The translations under genes were made by a program, and so were the position numbers. Shown here one piece after another: positions 11,574 to 24,479 of a DNA stretch of 64,000 bases (the first letter of the stretch is position 1; each line of letters begins with the position of its first letter). The stretch comes from Phoronis australis (Eukaryota; Animalia; Phoronida): positions 1 through 64,000 of the forward strand of contig NMRA01000371.1 in NCBI GenBank assembly GCA_002633005.1. The letters are read 5' to 3'. The notes under the pieces were generated by a model that saw only the letters and a program-made list of their open reading frames with translations, ran no database searches and was not told the origin of the DNA.

Positions 11574-14226
11574 CTGCAAAAGAGGACCAACTAAAATAGA
11601 GGCCATTTCACATTTCATGCAAATATCCTAATAATACACAAGTTGTGCAACGTGCCTGGTGACTGGAGCAGAAACTATGGCCGTAGTACTACTTTTGTAC
11701 TTTAGGCCACTATTTTTGGGTCACTCGATACTTAAAAATGTTAGCTTCCGAAGCGTGTATCATTTGTTCTGTGTGGATCACAGGTGTATATATAGTATGG
11801 AAATTTTTCAAGAACAAAAGTATTTCAAATTGTGAAAAATTGGTAGATCTGCTACTCTAAAATATTACGTTACTTGTAAGAAAATATTAATATCTTGTTT
11901 CTTGCCGCCAAACTCCAAACAAACTGGCATTTCGTTTTTGCTTGGATACTTCCATTTACGTCTAGTATACAATATTATTCTAGTGAATTACGATTACATT
12001 TGCCGATTCTCAAAGTTGTGAACTATCCTCAATTTTGTGAAGGCTTATAAAGAGCCTGATGGTACGTTTCTCCAGTCGCTTCCTATGATTGAACAAAATC
12101 TGTCGAAACACCAGCTAAATGAGACCCGAGTGATGCTGTGAAATTGTATCGTAGCAAGCAACCTGCCCCGTTCACGAGATGCATGTTTTTAAACAAAACC
12201 CCTAAGATTCTGCCTTTAAAAGCCGGTATCCAAGGAAAATTTTCAAGACTCTTCCACTGGGGAACTTCAAAGCTGTGGGTTATAGGGTTAATCTAGAATT
12301 TTCCGACATGTTAAAATAATTTCACAAAACCCTTTTATTACTGCTTTCATCCATTAGCTGTGAGTCATAATTGAGATGAATTTTCATCATGTACTAACGA
12401 AACCAATTCAAAATGTCCATTTCAATACAGATATATTCACATGCATACACAGAAATAGTTCAAAAAAAATAAACTGAGCAGAAATAGATTTTGTAATTTT
12501 CGCAAATAGCTCTACACGACACCTTGACATAAAGCAGTAATTCTTAACACTGAGGTAGACACGTTTCGTTTACATCTGGAATGATACCTCATAAAAATCG
12601 CCTACTCTCTCAATGCACAACACCTCAACATATCTTACATATGTGGCCCACCAAAACTGCAAGGCATACACAGTCTGGCAGCCATTTTGATTTGCATTGC
12701 ACTGCAGCTTCTCGTGCACACGTGACACGTTTCGAAGCCCGGAGGTTGTTGTATTTTGTGCCGGACACACACTCCGGCCTCTTGATTTGAGAGCTGCACA
12801 GAGTTACCACACACAACACAAGACTGACCATGAGGAAAGTCGCCCCTTGAATTTCTCTGGTTCACGCACAATGTACACACGTACAACTTTTGCATGTTTT
12901 CCATCGGACCACGCATAGTGCATTGGATTTTCTGGAGCAACAAGAAACAATAAACAAGAGTAATGAAGAGCGTTGATATGCGCACATCGTGTGCAGCACA
13001 AACGGGAAAGAAATACAGGGTGCTTAATTTTTGATAACCATTCATGCAAAAGTGCAATATTATAAAAATAAATCCGTAAAGAGTTTTGGAGAAGAGTGTG
13101 TACAGCACAGTTTCATATGACTCATATTTGCCGCTCCTGAGATATCATATTCCGAACTTAGCCACAGTTGGATATTTTTCTAGAGTCTAGCCGCGCAATA
13201 GCAACAAAAATGACAAATTTCACGAAGATCCATCAAAGAATGTGGTAGAAATTGATGCAGACGCATAGAAAAAAGTTTGAGAATTAACTAGGATCTTTCC
13301 TTAATAGAAAATTTACACATCTGAGAACTTTCGTGGTAATTATTTTAGCAGTTTGTTGAAAGGGATCGAGGCAGACTTTCAAATAAACGAACTTTTAAAT
13401 TGAATTTCGCATCACTTGTACGTGCTTGCACATAACATGGTATGTGAATGGATCAGTCAACTCGTAAGGAACGTTTCATGCGATTATTTGATATTGTATT
13501 TGTTATTCTGGATAACATTTTTTAAAGTTCAGAGAGATCTGTCAGTGGACACTGGAGCTACTACAAGGGAAATCAATAAATAACAGATCAGTCTACGAAA
13601 AATCTCGAATAACTCGAGGCCATTAAGTCGTAGGGAATAACCGATTGTCCACATTTAATAGAGTTCGACGAGATCAGTCCACATACCACATCAGGAAGAT
13701 CTCTCAAAGGACAGCGAAGCTATGGCTCGGCAAAGCAAAAATTGAAAAGTGGCTACCAGAACGCCACCTTTAACCTACACTGTAAAACAAAAGGCATCGA
13801 GCAATGGAAAAGACACGCGTGTGAACGATAAGAAATACAACTTGTAGTGTCCAACTCGTGTGGATGTTCTTAAAAGAATCAATCAGTGTTAAAGGCGAAG
13901 GCAACCTTTTTTCATGTCATTTTGAGCTAAAATAAGGTTGGTTGGTTATCCTAGACATATTTTCCACGTAATTACAGCTTTTCGTAATTTTATTAATTAC
14001 TCGTCCGCTACTCCGGAAGTGACGTTTTAGGAGGCAAGCGTTTCCCGCCCCTTGGTTTTGCGTTGAGTTTACCGTGCGAGTTTGTTCTGTTCTACTTTTG
14101 TTTTGTGCTGTTTTTCAACAATTGTCGCCACCACTTTCCATCGGCGAGTATTCTGCGGCAGCATAGGTTAGTAGAGAACTCAACTACGTTGGATTTAGGG
14201 ATTGTTTAGAGTGTTGTAAGCTGAAA

Positions 14227-14530
14227 ATGGCTAGACTCGGTGACCCGTATCACAGTGAAAGTAGTGTGAGTGACGGAGACCTTGTTCACAGCAGTGGTGA
14301 CGAGGAATTTTTTACGGACATTCAGTGGGTGGGTACATGTTTGAGCCCGAGTATAACGAGGCAGAGTACGCACAGGCAGCTGTTGAGAGAAACGAGGCGG
14401 CTACTGAGGACGTGGTGACACATCTTGGTGCAAATGCACTGTGTGCGTTGTTATGCCTACCTCAATGGAATGCTTGTGTTGTTCAGAGTTCGACGAGGCC
14501 AAGCCACTACTGGACACGGTTAAGTAGACC
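14227..14530 (+). pseudogene. KolX-like (P2X7 C-terminal-like Cys-rich) accessory gene, frameshifted and truncated
   Basis: Acidic N-terminus, YMFEP motif, then WCKCTVCVVMPTSMECLCCSE. Confidence 0.75.
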
Positions 14531-14668
14531 TCCGGAATACCACGGGCAGAGGAACAACTGTCCCACTTGCCAGAGTGTCCCGCGACACACTCCCACTGGA
14601 TGGTAACCTGAGCACCCAAACTGTGGCTCCCTCGCCACACCTGACACCTTCTAAATAGCTCCAACACT

Positions 14669-15269
14669 TTAGACAAGTCCAGGCTCACCGATCTGTTCAC
14701 TGGACGATGGACTCTCCTCTTCACTGGGTGTCGAACTGGGCCTGTAATCACTCCCACTACTCAATATCGCTGCAGGGCTGCTTAGAGGCTCTGGGCTGGA
14801 GAAAACAGCACAGGGCGAATCACTACTTGTTCCAGGAATGGCACGCTCTGGGGTACGTTCGGAGGCACGGGTGACAGTAGATGAAGTGCCTCCACTGGCT
14901 CCAGTCACTGTACTGGCCACAGCTCGCGAGGCTTCTCGCTTCAAAAACGCACATCTCGGGGATGGCGACGGGGCAGTGCCGGGAATCAACACAGACGGAA
15001 TGGCATCCTGCTTCAGGCGTTGTTTCGCAGGGACATTCATCAGTTCAGCGTACAAACCCCTTTCGTAATCGGACGGCAGAAAGTGTTTGCCACACACGCG
15101 GTAATTCTCGACTGCTTTGTACGTTGCGTGGACGGGTAACGCTGCGTTCTTCACACGAACGAGCCAAGTACGGCGAAGTGTCATCCATCGGAAAGCGATG
15201 CAGAGGTACTCCCAAAGCGCGCGTGAGACGATAATTAATACATCCCGGTACGCAGCAACAGTGTGGCAT
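14669..15269 (-). pseudogene. THAP-domain N-terminus of the Kolobok transposase, frameshifted, catalytic domain missing
   Basis: MPHCCCVPGC...LHRFP then (frameshift) W...RVCGKHF...LKQDAIPSV = C2CH THAP signature plus AVPTIF-like box. Confidence 0.85.
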
Positions 15270-17859
15270 GTTGACTGACTAGTAAATGAAAGCAAACGAC
15301 GACGGAACTTAACGCAACCGAGGTAGAACAATGACTGAGTCGGCAGCTCTCACCGTCAGACTAAATGAAAAGAAATTGGCGCGAAATGCTTGCCTCCTAA
15401 AACGTCACTTCCGGAGTAGCGGACGAGTAATTAACAAAATTATGAAAAGCTGTAATTAAGTGGAAAATATGTCTAGGATAACCAAACAACCTTATTTTAG
15501 GTCAAAATGACATGAAAAAAGGTTGCCTTCGCCTTTAAGGTTATACAGTGTGTTGACTAAACCAATGAGATCGTCATCATGTTTTGACGTGAATGACAAG
15601 TACAGAGGCTGTCAATCATATATCGACTTAGTGTTCCAAGAGACAAATACAGAAGTTACAGAACACGGAAGTGTCCCGGAAGTGCGCATGGGATGGCTTC
15701 AAGGAACAGTACGATCAACAGGTACTAATAACGATGATGGGTACGGCGACGACAATTTCTTTTGATGGTGCATTCCAGGAATTCCTTTCACCAAACATGA
15801 GAACGACCTAAATAATGACATTAATATCAACAGCNCTTCAACGATTCACCACTCCGAAGATTCACCGCTCCAAACATATCTAAACTTTCAGACTCAGATG
15901 TGATTTTTGAACTTTTGCATGCTAAAATAAACGATATTTCGGCTATTAGATGCACCTATACCGAAAACAACGCCCGGGCACTAAAACACTTTGGGTTTTA
16001 TGTAGACAGTGACCACCGTCTCCAGCTGGCCAGCACAACTTGAAACGGTAGTTAGATTTCATGCGCATGCGAAATTGCCCACATGTCTTAAAATGAGAAC
16101 TCACTTGCATTTTAAAATGATATGAAGTAGGAATACTGATGAATCATCAGCCATGACACAATTCATCAAATTCATGTCAAGATCGAATCGCAGCGCGACG
16201 CACACGGCCGAGTCGAAACTAAATGAAGTTACTGGGCCACCCTGTCCCTGCCAGTCCTCATGAAGTCGGGGAGTTCCATTTAGTCTTCTTAAATTTGAAA
16301 CCGCCGTTGGTCGCCGCAGCCGTGCCCAAGATGTTGTCTCTGCTTGAGAATGAGTCGTGATCACACAACCAAAATAGTGAACTGTCGGAATTCTGGGCCA
16401 GTCTCGAATCTTTTTACTCGAAAAGGAACTCGAAATAATGTTTGACATTTTTTAGTCTACTTTTGTGCGAACTAAGGATAAGTGTCCATTACTCAATGCT
16501 CGAATACATAATGACTTACGTGGGTGATAGATTAGTCATATTTTGCAGTTGACAAAACCAACATTAAAGCTAAAAGTTTGAGTTTAAACTCGAAATTTCG
16601 AGTTTTTACTCGAGTTTGTAGTACGCATATAAGGGTTTTTGAGTGCAAACTTGGACTAGAAACTCATATGCATGAACTATAATTATTCGATCACAGTCTG
16701 ATAACCACTTATCTTGGGTTCGCACAAAAGGAGCAGAGAAATAATTTCCAGTTCGTTTTTCGAGTACAAAGATTAGAGACCGGGCCCAGGGTTTGGAATA
16801 GTGGAAATTCAAAGTAGTGATCTTTAGAAGATAACGAACCTTCGGACTAATGGGCATTCTGAGTGCTGGACCTTCGGAGTATTGAACCTTCGTCATAGTG
16901 ACATGGAACCCTGGAAATCTTTTCCATCTAATTTGTGGCTCATATGAAGTCTGCAGGGTTGTGCACCATTGACATTGATTGACTAGGATTTTCATTGACC
17001 AAAGTTGAGGTCTATGCCTACCTTTCCATCATAACGTGAAAATGCGCAACGGTGTATTCTCAGTGCAAGAAAACACAGTAGTTGAAGGCTTTTAGCACAA
17101 CGGAGGACTGCCTATAATGAACTTACTGTCAGCATGTTATGAATTTAAAAGAACAGAAACGTTCACACGTGTACACGCATGCATGTCAATCCATCCAACA
17201 ATCAAAGTGGACACTGGTTGAACAACATATTTGCAAATTTGACGATCACTTTCAATTCAAAATTGGAAAATGCCTACACTTCAGAAGCGGATTCAAAATT
17301 ATTGCTAACTTAGTTATCATTGTAGTTAGCACCAGTAGCTGCAACAGTTTTGTTATTATTGTCCAATTAAACCCTATCTTTAACGAATATGCTGGGGGTG
17401 ATCCTTTTCAGCGGGGTACCCACGAACCCTCCCACCGGCTACGGGCTATGGGTCTGTACTATTAATAATAAAAGTAAAAAGGTGAAGCATAAACTAGATT
17501 CTTTATTTAATTCAACTGCAATTCAGTCACAATTTCCAAAAATATTATACATAGTGGTTGGATACCCCCTTCCCCAATGTGGATGCCCGAGTCCGTCCCT
17601 ACGGTGGCTGAGCACCATATACAACATCTACGGATAATTAATTCGAACGTGTTTTATATTCTCTATGAAGACAAAAAGCAAACAATTCCATTGCCCGCAT
17701 ATCTGTGTCGTGCCAATGAAATGATTGTCAATCTAACTAAACTGAAAAACTAATAGGACTCGTTATGCCCACGAATCAGTTGTGAATAACATGTTCGCAA
17801 CATGAACAGAATTTTTTATCTACGTTACAGCTTTGATAGTTTCCACGAAATCTAACACG

Positions 17860-18300
17860 ACCATACGTACCCAATATCAGGTGCCGCAGAGGTGTTTTCA
17901 GCCTTTTTGAACACCATATCAAACATAAAAAATACAGACTGTTTCAAAAAGAGGTCAACAGCCGATCTATTGAAGTTCTTTCTCGTACGTAGCACTGAGA
18001 ACGCACCGTTTTCCAGCGCTTCACGTAATATTGGGTTTGCCAATTTCAACTTTTGGTAAAACAATGTTCCCTATCTGACGTAGTTTGGGCGGTTCAGGGC
18101 AAAGAATACATCTAGCGTAGTCGGAAAATGTTGATATAGCCACTGAAGTCATTGTTCTTGACGCATCTCTGGAGTTCTCTGTGGGCTCGGTTTATGAGAA
18201 AGACGAAGATTGCCCAAAACTGATCTGTTTTGCAAAATTTGCCATTAATCACTGTGTGAAATGAAGGTAGATGGCGCGCAAACATAACGCAGGCGACAGC
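17860..18300 (-). pseudogene. Academ-like transposase fragment
   Basis: LQRCVKNNDFSGYI, FFALNRPNYVR* and NGAFSVLRTRKNFNRSAVDLFLKQ resemble conserved NYARW and F.G.FS..R..D..LEQ blocks. Confidence 0.6.
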
Positions 18301-18423
18301 AAAAGACGGCGTTTTGATTATTATTCCTTTTAGCAGTTGCATCAAATGACTCGTCCGAAAACAAAGGGACGCAGTTTAGACTGGTAAAATAGGACAACGA
18401 AAAATGGAAATAAGTGAAAACAC

Positions 18424-18689
18424 ANNNNNNNNNNNNNNNNNNNNNNNNNNNNNNNNNNNNNNNNNNNNNNNNNNNNNNNNNNNNNNNNNNNNNNNNNNNN
18501 NNNNNNNNNNNNNNNNNNNNNNNNNNNNNNNNNNNNNNNNNNNNNNNNNNNNNNNNNNNNNNNNNNNNNNNNNNNNNNNNNNNNNNNNNNNNNNNNNNNN
18601 NNNNNNNNNNNNNNNNNNNNNNNNNNNNNNNNNNNNNNNNNNNNNNNNNNNNNNNNNNNNNNNNNNNNNNNNNNNNNNNNNNNNNNNNN
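18424..18689. other. Assembly gap (N run)
   Basis: Run of n. Confidence 1.
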
Positions 18690-18910
18690 AACTGAAATTG
18701 CCACTAGGGGGCACAACGGTAGTCGGATCCGTCCGAAAGTTCGCACATGCCGTCCCATTCATGAATGGAACATACGTGCCAAATTTCATGAACGTATGTC
18801 AAAGGGTTTTGGAGACAGAGCAGCGGACGCCGGACGCCGCCCACCGGACAGACGGACGGACAGAGATGATGGCATAATGCGTCCACATATAAATATGTGG
18901 GCGCATCAAA
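18690..18910 (-). mobile_element. 5' end of a HINE copy, cut by the gap
   Basis: acggacggacag microsatellite and gcgtccacatataaatatgtgggcgcat inverted repeat, reverse complement of the 23631 end. Confidence 0.8.
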
Positions 18911-19034
18911 ATCGAAGAGCCTGGTTCCTCAATATGATGCTTATTCAATGTGAATGGGCTTACATGTATAATCAATTTTGTTTCGACTCTTTATTTGTCT
19001 GATTGGGGCATCTTACTGTTATGCCACGTGCATG

Positions 19035-19655
19035 TGATGCTGAACTTCGGACGATTGGTTTCAAACGGTTACCTGGTGGGTTGATTTAGCTCAACTCAGG
19101 AACTTGGGCATGTCTGGCGAGGATAACCCACTACTAGATTTGTCTGACAGTATTTATTCTTGATACCTGGGCTTACGACAAATATTTTGGAACTGGTTTC
19201 ATGCGGTTACCTCTTGGGTTGATCTAGCTCAACTCAGGCCTTTGGGCGTATCTGGCGGGGATAACCCACCACTTGATTTGTCTGGCAGTGTTTATTCGTG
19301 ATACCTGGGCTTACGGTGAATATTTTAACTGGTTTTAAGCGGATACATCTTGGTTGATCTAGCTCAATTTTTAACCCTTTTTGATAATCGTCTGGCAGAG
19401 GCACAACCCACCACTGAAAATGTCGGGCATCTAACACTTGTGTCATTTACAGTGATGCTGAACATCGTGCAATTGGTTTCAAACAGTTACCTGGTGGGTT
19501 GATCTAGCTCAACTCGGGTACTTGGGCGTGTTTGGCGGGGCTAACCCACCACTAGATTTGTCTGGCAGTGTTCATTCATGATACCTGGGCTCACAGTGAA
19601 TATTTTGCAACTGGTTTCATGCGGTTACCTCTTGGATTGATCTAGCTCAATTTTT
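19035..19655. repeat. Diverged tandem repeat, ~140-150-bp unit, about 4-5 copies
   Basis: ttgatctagctcaa recurs at ~19081, 19219, 19354, 19499 and 19638; related unit at ~20268. Confidence 0.85.
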
Positions 19656-22005
19656 GCACCTTGTTTATAACCGCATGGCTGATATTCCCCACCAGCAGGG
19701 ACTCACCTAGCGGCCGTCCTGGCCGTCCTTGGGACGGCCCTTTTAAAAAAATGACGGCTTTGGACGGCACGGCCAAGACGGAAAAAAGATGGCCTGTTCC
19801 AAAACAACCTCGGCGAAAATGAAGGCTATAAACGAAGAATTTTAACATTTATTATTAATAAAGAAGAGGGCGCTGCTGCATATAGGCATGTCGACTCAGT
19901 GATTGTGCTCCTCATAATATATCAGATACCTCGGAATTTACGGACAACCAAGCCTCAGGAATTTGTGCGTTGCTGTATTTAGACATAGAGACAGAGGAAT
20001 TATCACAAATGTAAGTTTTATGGTCAGCTCATAGTCTACAGGACAAAACTGTATTTGCTAGGATGCCTATCCCTCCTCTCTCCATTGTTGTTACGTAATC
20101 CGCCATTACAATGCCAAGAAGCAAAGACAGGGGCCGCGCAAATACTCGCAGCTCTATTGCTGATTATATGAGCCCCAATCAAGACATCTNGTCTGGCAGT
20201 GACCAATTTTGATACAATGAATGACGTAGCAGGTATCGAAGGCAGTTTTAAGTGGTTACCAGAAAAGTTGATCTAGCTCAGTTTTTGAGTGTAATTCTCT
20301 TGGCTCCCCTGACCACACCCACCAGAGCGAACCTGCCAGACGGCCATTTCCAAGCATCAAGATACCCACAGAGCACTGTGACACCAAAGAAAATTGGTTA
20401 CCTTTTCATGCCCAAAAAAGCTCTGGGATCCCGGTCTATAAGCGCGTGGCGAGTGCAAAGGAGTTCAAGTTAAAGTACATACCCTCACCATGGACTTATA
20501 AGTGGCAATCCCAAGCAGTCTGTCCGCAAAAGTTGAGCTCTGAGGTTTTTAAGGAACTTTCTATCAATAAAAAACAATTTAGTTGCGGTAAAAAGCCCAT
20601 TTAGTCAGTAAAATTAAAATGGATTAAACAGAAAAGAAAGATCAAAATTCCAAAAACCAAAGCTTTACCAATGTTTGCATAGATCTGAGAACAAGAAAAA
20701 AATAATAAGCTACAGATATCATTTAAAAATTTTGTTGTTGAAGAAAAAGAAGAATACCTACTCTATATGAAACGTGAACAAATCAGATTATCTACTCATA
20801 AAAATAAATCCGTAAGACGGAGGTATAGGCCAGAATATTCTCATTAACATCTAACTTGTGTAATACAGCAATATCCTTGTAATGTTGTTACAATTTTTAA
20901 TTTGTTTGAGTTTGTTTTGGTCCATTGATCTTCGTGTCATCACTCTAAAATCAATCGGCCATATGTTTCTGCCAGGGATGACGTTTTTTCAAATTATTCT
21001 TCTTGTTACTAAGTTGTTTCTTTATTGAATGCTGTCATGAAATCCATGCTCATTTTAAAGTTACTTTTAAGGTTGCACATACCATAGTACAGATGGAATC
21101 ATCGGTCCTGACTACTGGTGCGATCAGGCGCACGTAAAATTATCGTTTTCCATTGGTTCGTCGCACTAACCAATGAAGTGACAGCATTGGTTTGACCGTA
21201 TGGAACCGGAAGATAGAAAAAACGCAAACGATTTTGATTTTCTGAATTCTCTGTTTCGCAAGTGAACAGCAAAAAACGGACTCGATTTTAGATCTACGGA
21301 TGTAAATTGCAATTCGGATTACATTTTAATAAATCAATAACTGATTCAATTTAATTCTAATTATCAATTTTCAGGGAGAAAATGAATAAAACGAAAACTA
21401 AATGATAATTTAGAAAATTGTAACATCGTTCTTTTTTAAATTTCATCCTTACGATTCATGTAAAAGCGAAAATTGGTCATGCTCGTGATTGTTTTTTGAT
21501 CAGTGTACTTTTCTTTTTTTTCTAAATTTTACTAAAAAGACATATGACCCAATCAATGACTCATTGGTAAAAAGTAAAAAATCGTATTCCGCAGGCTTTT
21601 TTCGTTACAAAATATACTTTTACAGGATCAATTTCTATAACGTCATGGATATGTGGCTAAATAGACCGCCGACTTGTTGATAACGTCCTTATAACTTCAA
21701 CTAAACTGTAAACAACAAATATGTGTCAATATCAATGATTTGCGATAAACTCGTACACGATACCCCACACGCATTCATGAATCGCAGTTCGTTCGCGATT
21801 GGTCAACTAAACGACAGACGTAAATGTACATGTGATCTCCCAGAAATTAAATGCCTTCTGATTGGTCACATAATTGTCAAAGCAATTGGCTAGTTTTACT
21901 TTAACATAGTCGAACAACTAGACACTCGACCACTTGAGGCAAACTTGTTGAACAATTTGCTCACTGTCTTAACGTGCTGTTCTGTTACGTACTTCCCTCA
22001 CTGCC

Positions 22006-22926
22006 ATGGATATCGTAAACACTTTACCTTTAATAGCAGTAAAAACCGGTTTTCTAATTATCGGTTTGTTTTTGCACATCGCTCTGTTCTGTTTGCTGAC
22101 AAGAAACTTCAGAAAAAAGCGACAAGTCGTTCAAGCACTCCTACTCCAGTGGATATTGCTCACATTTTTACGCTACATTGTAACCGTTCGCACGACAACC
22201 ATTCAGTTTAGTTCGGAGAATACGACATCAGTTAACTTAACTGAACAGCTAACCATGCAAATGGGATGTGACTTAAAAATGTATTCAAATTTTGTCGTCT
22301 TTTCAACATTCGCCGTGCTGTGTTATCAGTTCTTCTTGGCTTTAGACCGTCCGTTTATGTTTAAACAAAACCAAACGCAGGTCCGATACATCATAAAATG
22401 GCTCAGTTGTCCACATATTTATGGAGTCCTACACCTTGGACTTCGCCGACTCCTTCACTCCGTGAAAGTAAGCCAAATGAATATCAGTTCCTTGCAGCTC
22501 TACGATGACGTCATCACCTGCACCAGTCACTTCCCTTTGGTTCGTATTATCTCTGTATTTTTGGCTTTATTGCCTCCTCTGCTTACAGTTTTAATTTGCT
22601 CGTTGAAGATTGTTAAAAAGAAATCAACTGTTCGGCCATTTGACACGGGCGCAGGGGAACGTATTCGAACCAAGAATTTAGCTATCTTCAAAAGAATGGT
22701 TCCAATATTCGCCTTAACTTTTGTAGCGACATGTGCAAACCTTGGGCGAGTTTCTCCGCAACTTCGAACCAATGGCCAGCTTCTGGATATTGTTAATGAA
22801 ATATTTTTTTGGGTTATGCCGTTATGCACATTTGTCGACATGTGCAAAGCCTGGTGTGTGCGCAGCGTTCGAAATACACGCTTGCTCGGTAGCCCGGGGC
22901 CAGTGGATTTGCGGCCGGGCCAGTAA
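22006..22926 (+). CDS. Intronless divergent rhodopsin-family-like 7TM receptor (306 aa)
   Basis: Uninterrupted ORF with ATG, about 6-7 hydrophobic segments, Cys at the top of putative TM3, ALDR (DRY-like), ECL2 Cys, TM5 LLPPLLTVLICSLKI, basic third loop, VMPLCTF at the NPxxY position. Confidence 0.65.
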   Translation: MDIVNTLPLIAVKTGFLIIGLFLHIALFCLLTRNFRKKRQVVQALLLQWILLTFLRYIVTVRTTTIQFSSENTTSVNLTEQLTMQMGCDLKMYSNFVVFSTFAVLCYQFFLALDRPFMFKQNQTQVRYIIKWLSCPHIYGVLHLGLRRLLHSVKVSQMNISSLQLYDDVITCTSHFPLVRIISVFLALLPPLLTVLICSLKIVKKKSTVRPFDTGAGERIRTKNLAIFKRMVPIFALTFVATCANLGRVSPQLRTNGQLLDIVNEIFFWVMPLCTFVDMCKAWCVRSVRNTRLLGSPGPVDLRPGQ

Positions 22927-23630
22927 ACTTTCGCTTACAGGCCCTATGTGGATGTGGTCTCATGTTCAAGTAACTGGCCCTGCGGATCAGCATATTTATT
23001 TGTTGAAGGTCGAACACTCTGTGTACGTAATAAAGCAGAAACCAACACCTCGTAATCCGATAAAAAGGAACTTCAAATTGGGACTGGATTCTCCAATGAC
23101 ACTTTCCTGAAACTTTCGCAGGCTAGACATCGTAACTAGCATTTCAATTTGTTGTTTTTGGTGTAATCACTAACATGTGAGAAATGGGGTTTATTGTTCC
23201 GGATCAAATAATTTCTTGCCACAAAGGACAAACGCAAAAGCAATTTGAGAAAAGGGTCAAGACATTTCAGAATTTACCCAGCATGTATGGTTACGTTTGT
23301 GAAACAATTTTGGATTTTTTTTGTAAAATAATTTTGTGTGTGTAATGATTTCTGTTATAGCATGTCGTAAATTAGAAGTGTATGCTTATTGTGATATCTA
23401 CTGTGAGATACTTTACGTTTGTTAGCTGAGGGAGCCTCATGACCACGTGTTTATTCATGGCTGTTTGTAGGCTGAATGAGATTTGCATATCACCTGACCC
23501 ACATTTGTGTATGAACTGGTGTGTGTGCCGACTTGATTTATACAGACTTGGGTGGGCAGTGTACATTTGGCTTTAGAGAAGAGAATATGAGAGCTGCAAT
23601 ATTGAGGTTATTTCATTTCCTATTATGGCA

Positions 23631-24345
23631 TTTTTATGCGCCCACATATTTACATGTGGACGCATTATGCCGTCATCCGTCCGTCCGGCGTCCGGCGTCC
23701 GCTGCTCTATCTCCAAAACCCATTGACATACGTTCATGAATTTTAACACATATGTTCCATTTATGAATGGGACGGTATGAGCGAACTTTCAGATGAGACT
23801 ACCGGTGTGCCCCCTAGTGGCAATTTTAGTTTTTTACGCTTACTTTTGTATCTTCAAAAGTCCTGAACGGATTTTCATGAAATTTGGTATGTAGGCACTT
23901 ATTAGTGAGATGACGCTATCCTCCCGTTTTCGAATGGATTCGACGTAGTTTGCGCCACCTAATGGCCATTTTTACTGTTTTCGAGTCTGTTTTTTTGCGT
24001 CCACCCCTCTATCAACCAAACCGCTCAAAGGATGTATGTACTTACTATAAAGAGGACGGTTGACGATGATTTTCCGACGATTTCGACTACTGTGACGCCT
24101 CCTAGTTGTAGTTTTGTACGGACACTGTGCCCACTAGTGGCAGTTTCATTTTATTCTGTTTTTCTTTGTTTCTCTGAAGTTCCTTGACAGATTTTTATAA
24201 AATATGACATGTTCCTGGTTTTGGATGGATTGTATGTTTTTGCGCCATCTAGTGGCCATTTTTATGATACAAATAAATAACCCTAAAAGCACACCATTTG
24301 CAATGCATTCGTGGGCGCATTTCAACGCTCCGCGTTGCTCTTGTT
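23631..24345 (+). mobile_element. Full-length HINE (Helentron-associated, DINE-1-like)
   Basis: 5' ttttt-atgcgcccac with nearby inverted partner gtggacgcat, (ccgt)n microsatellite, central repeats, 3' subTIR gtgggcgcat, hairpin caacgc-tcc-gcgttg and terminal ctcttgtt. Confidence 0.85.
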
Positions 24346-24479
24346 GTATTTGCATTTTTGTCTATATAGTGAGGTTTTTTCTATGTAATTTTGTTTCTTA
24401 TTTTTGAAGAACAGAAACAGAGAAGACTTGTAAGAATGTAACTGTGAAATGTTTCGAGTCTCTTAACAAAGCATTATTA

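Larger units (their letters stand above)
13893..15534. mobile_element. Kolobok DNA transposon, internally deleted (1.64 kb)
   Basis: ~150-bp TIRs (aggcgaaggcaacctttttt...), TTAA on both flanks (13889-13892 and 15535-15538), convergent THAP and KolX-like reading frames. Confidence 0.88.

Noticed and set aside
12570-13108. Cluster of overlapping short ORFs
   Set aside because: No motifs; consistent with chance ORFs in repeat-derived DNA
18342-18877. ORFs containing long X runs (also 32062-32295)
   Set aside because: Artefacts of N gaps
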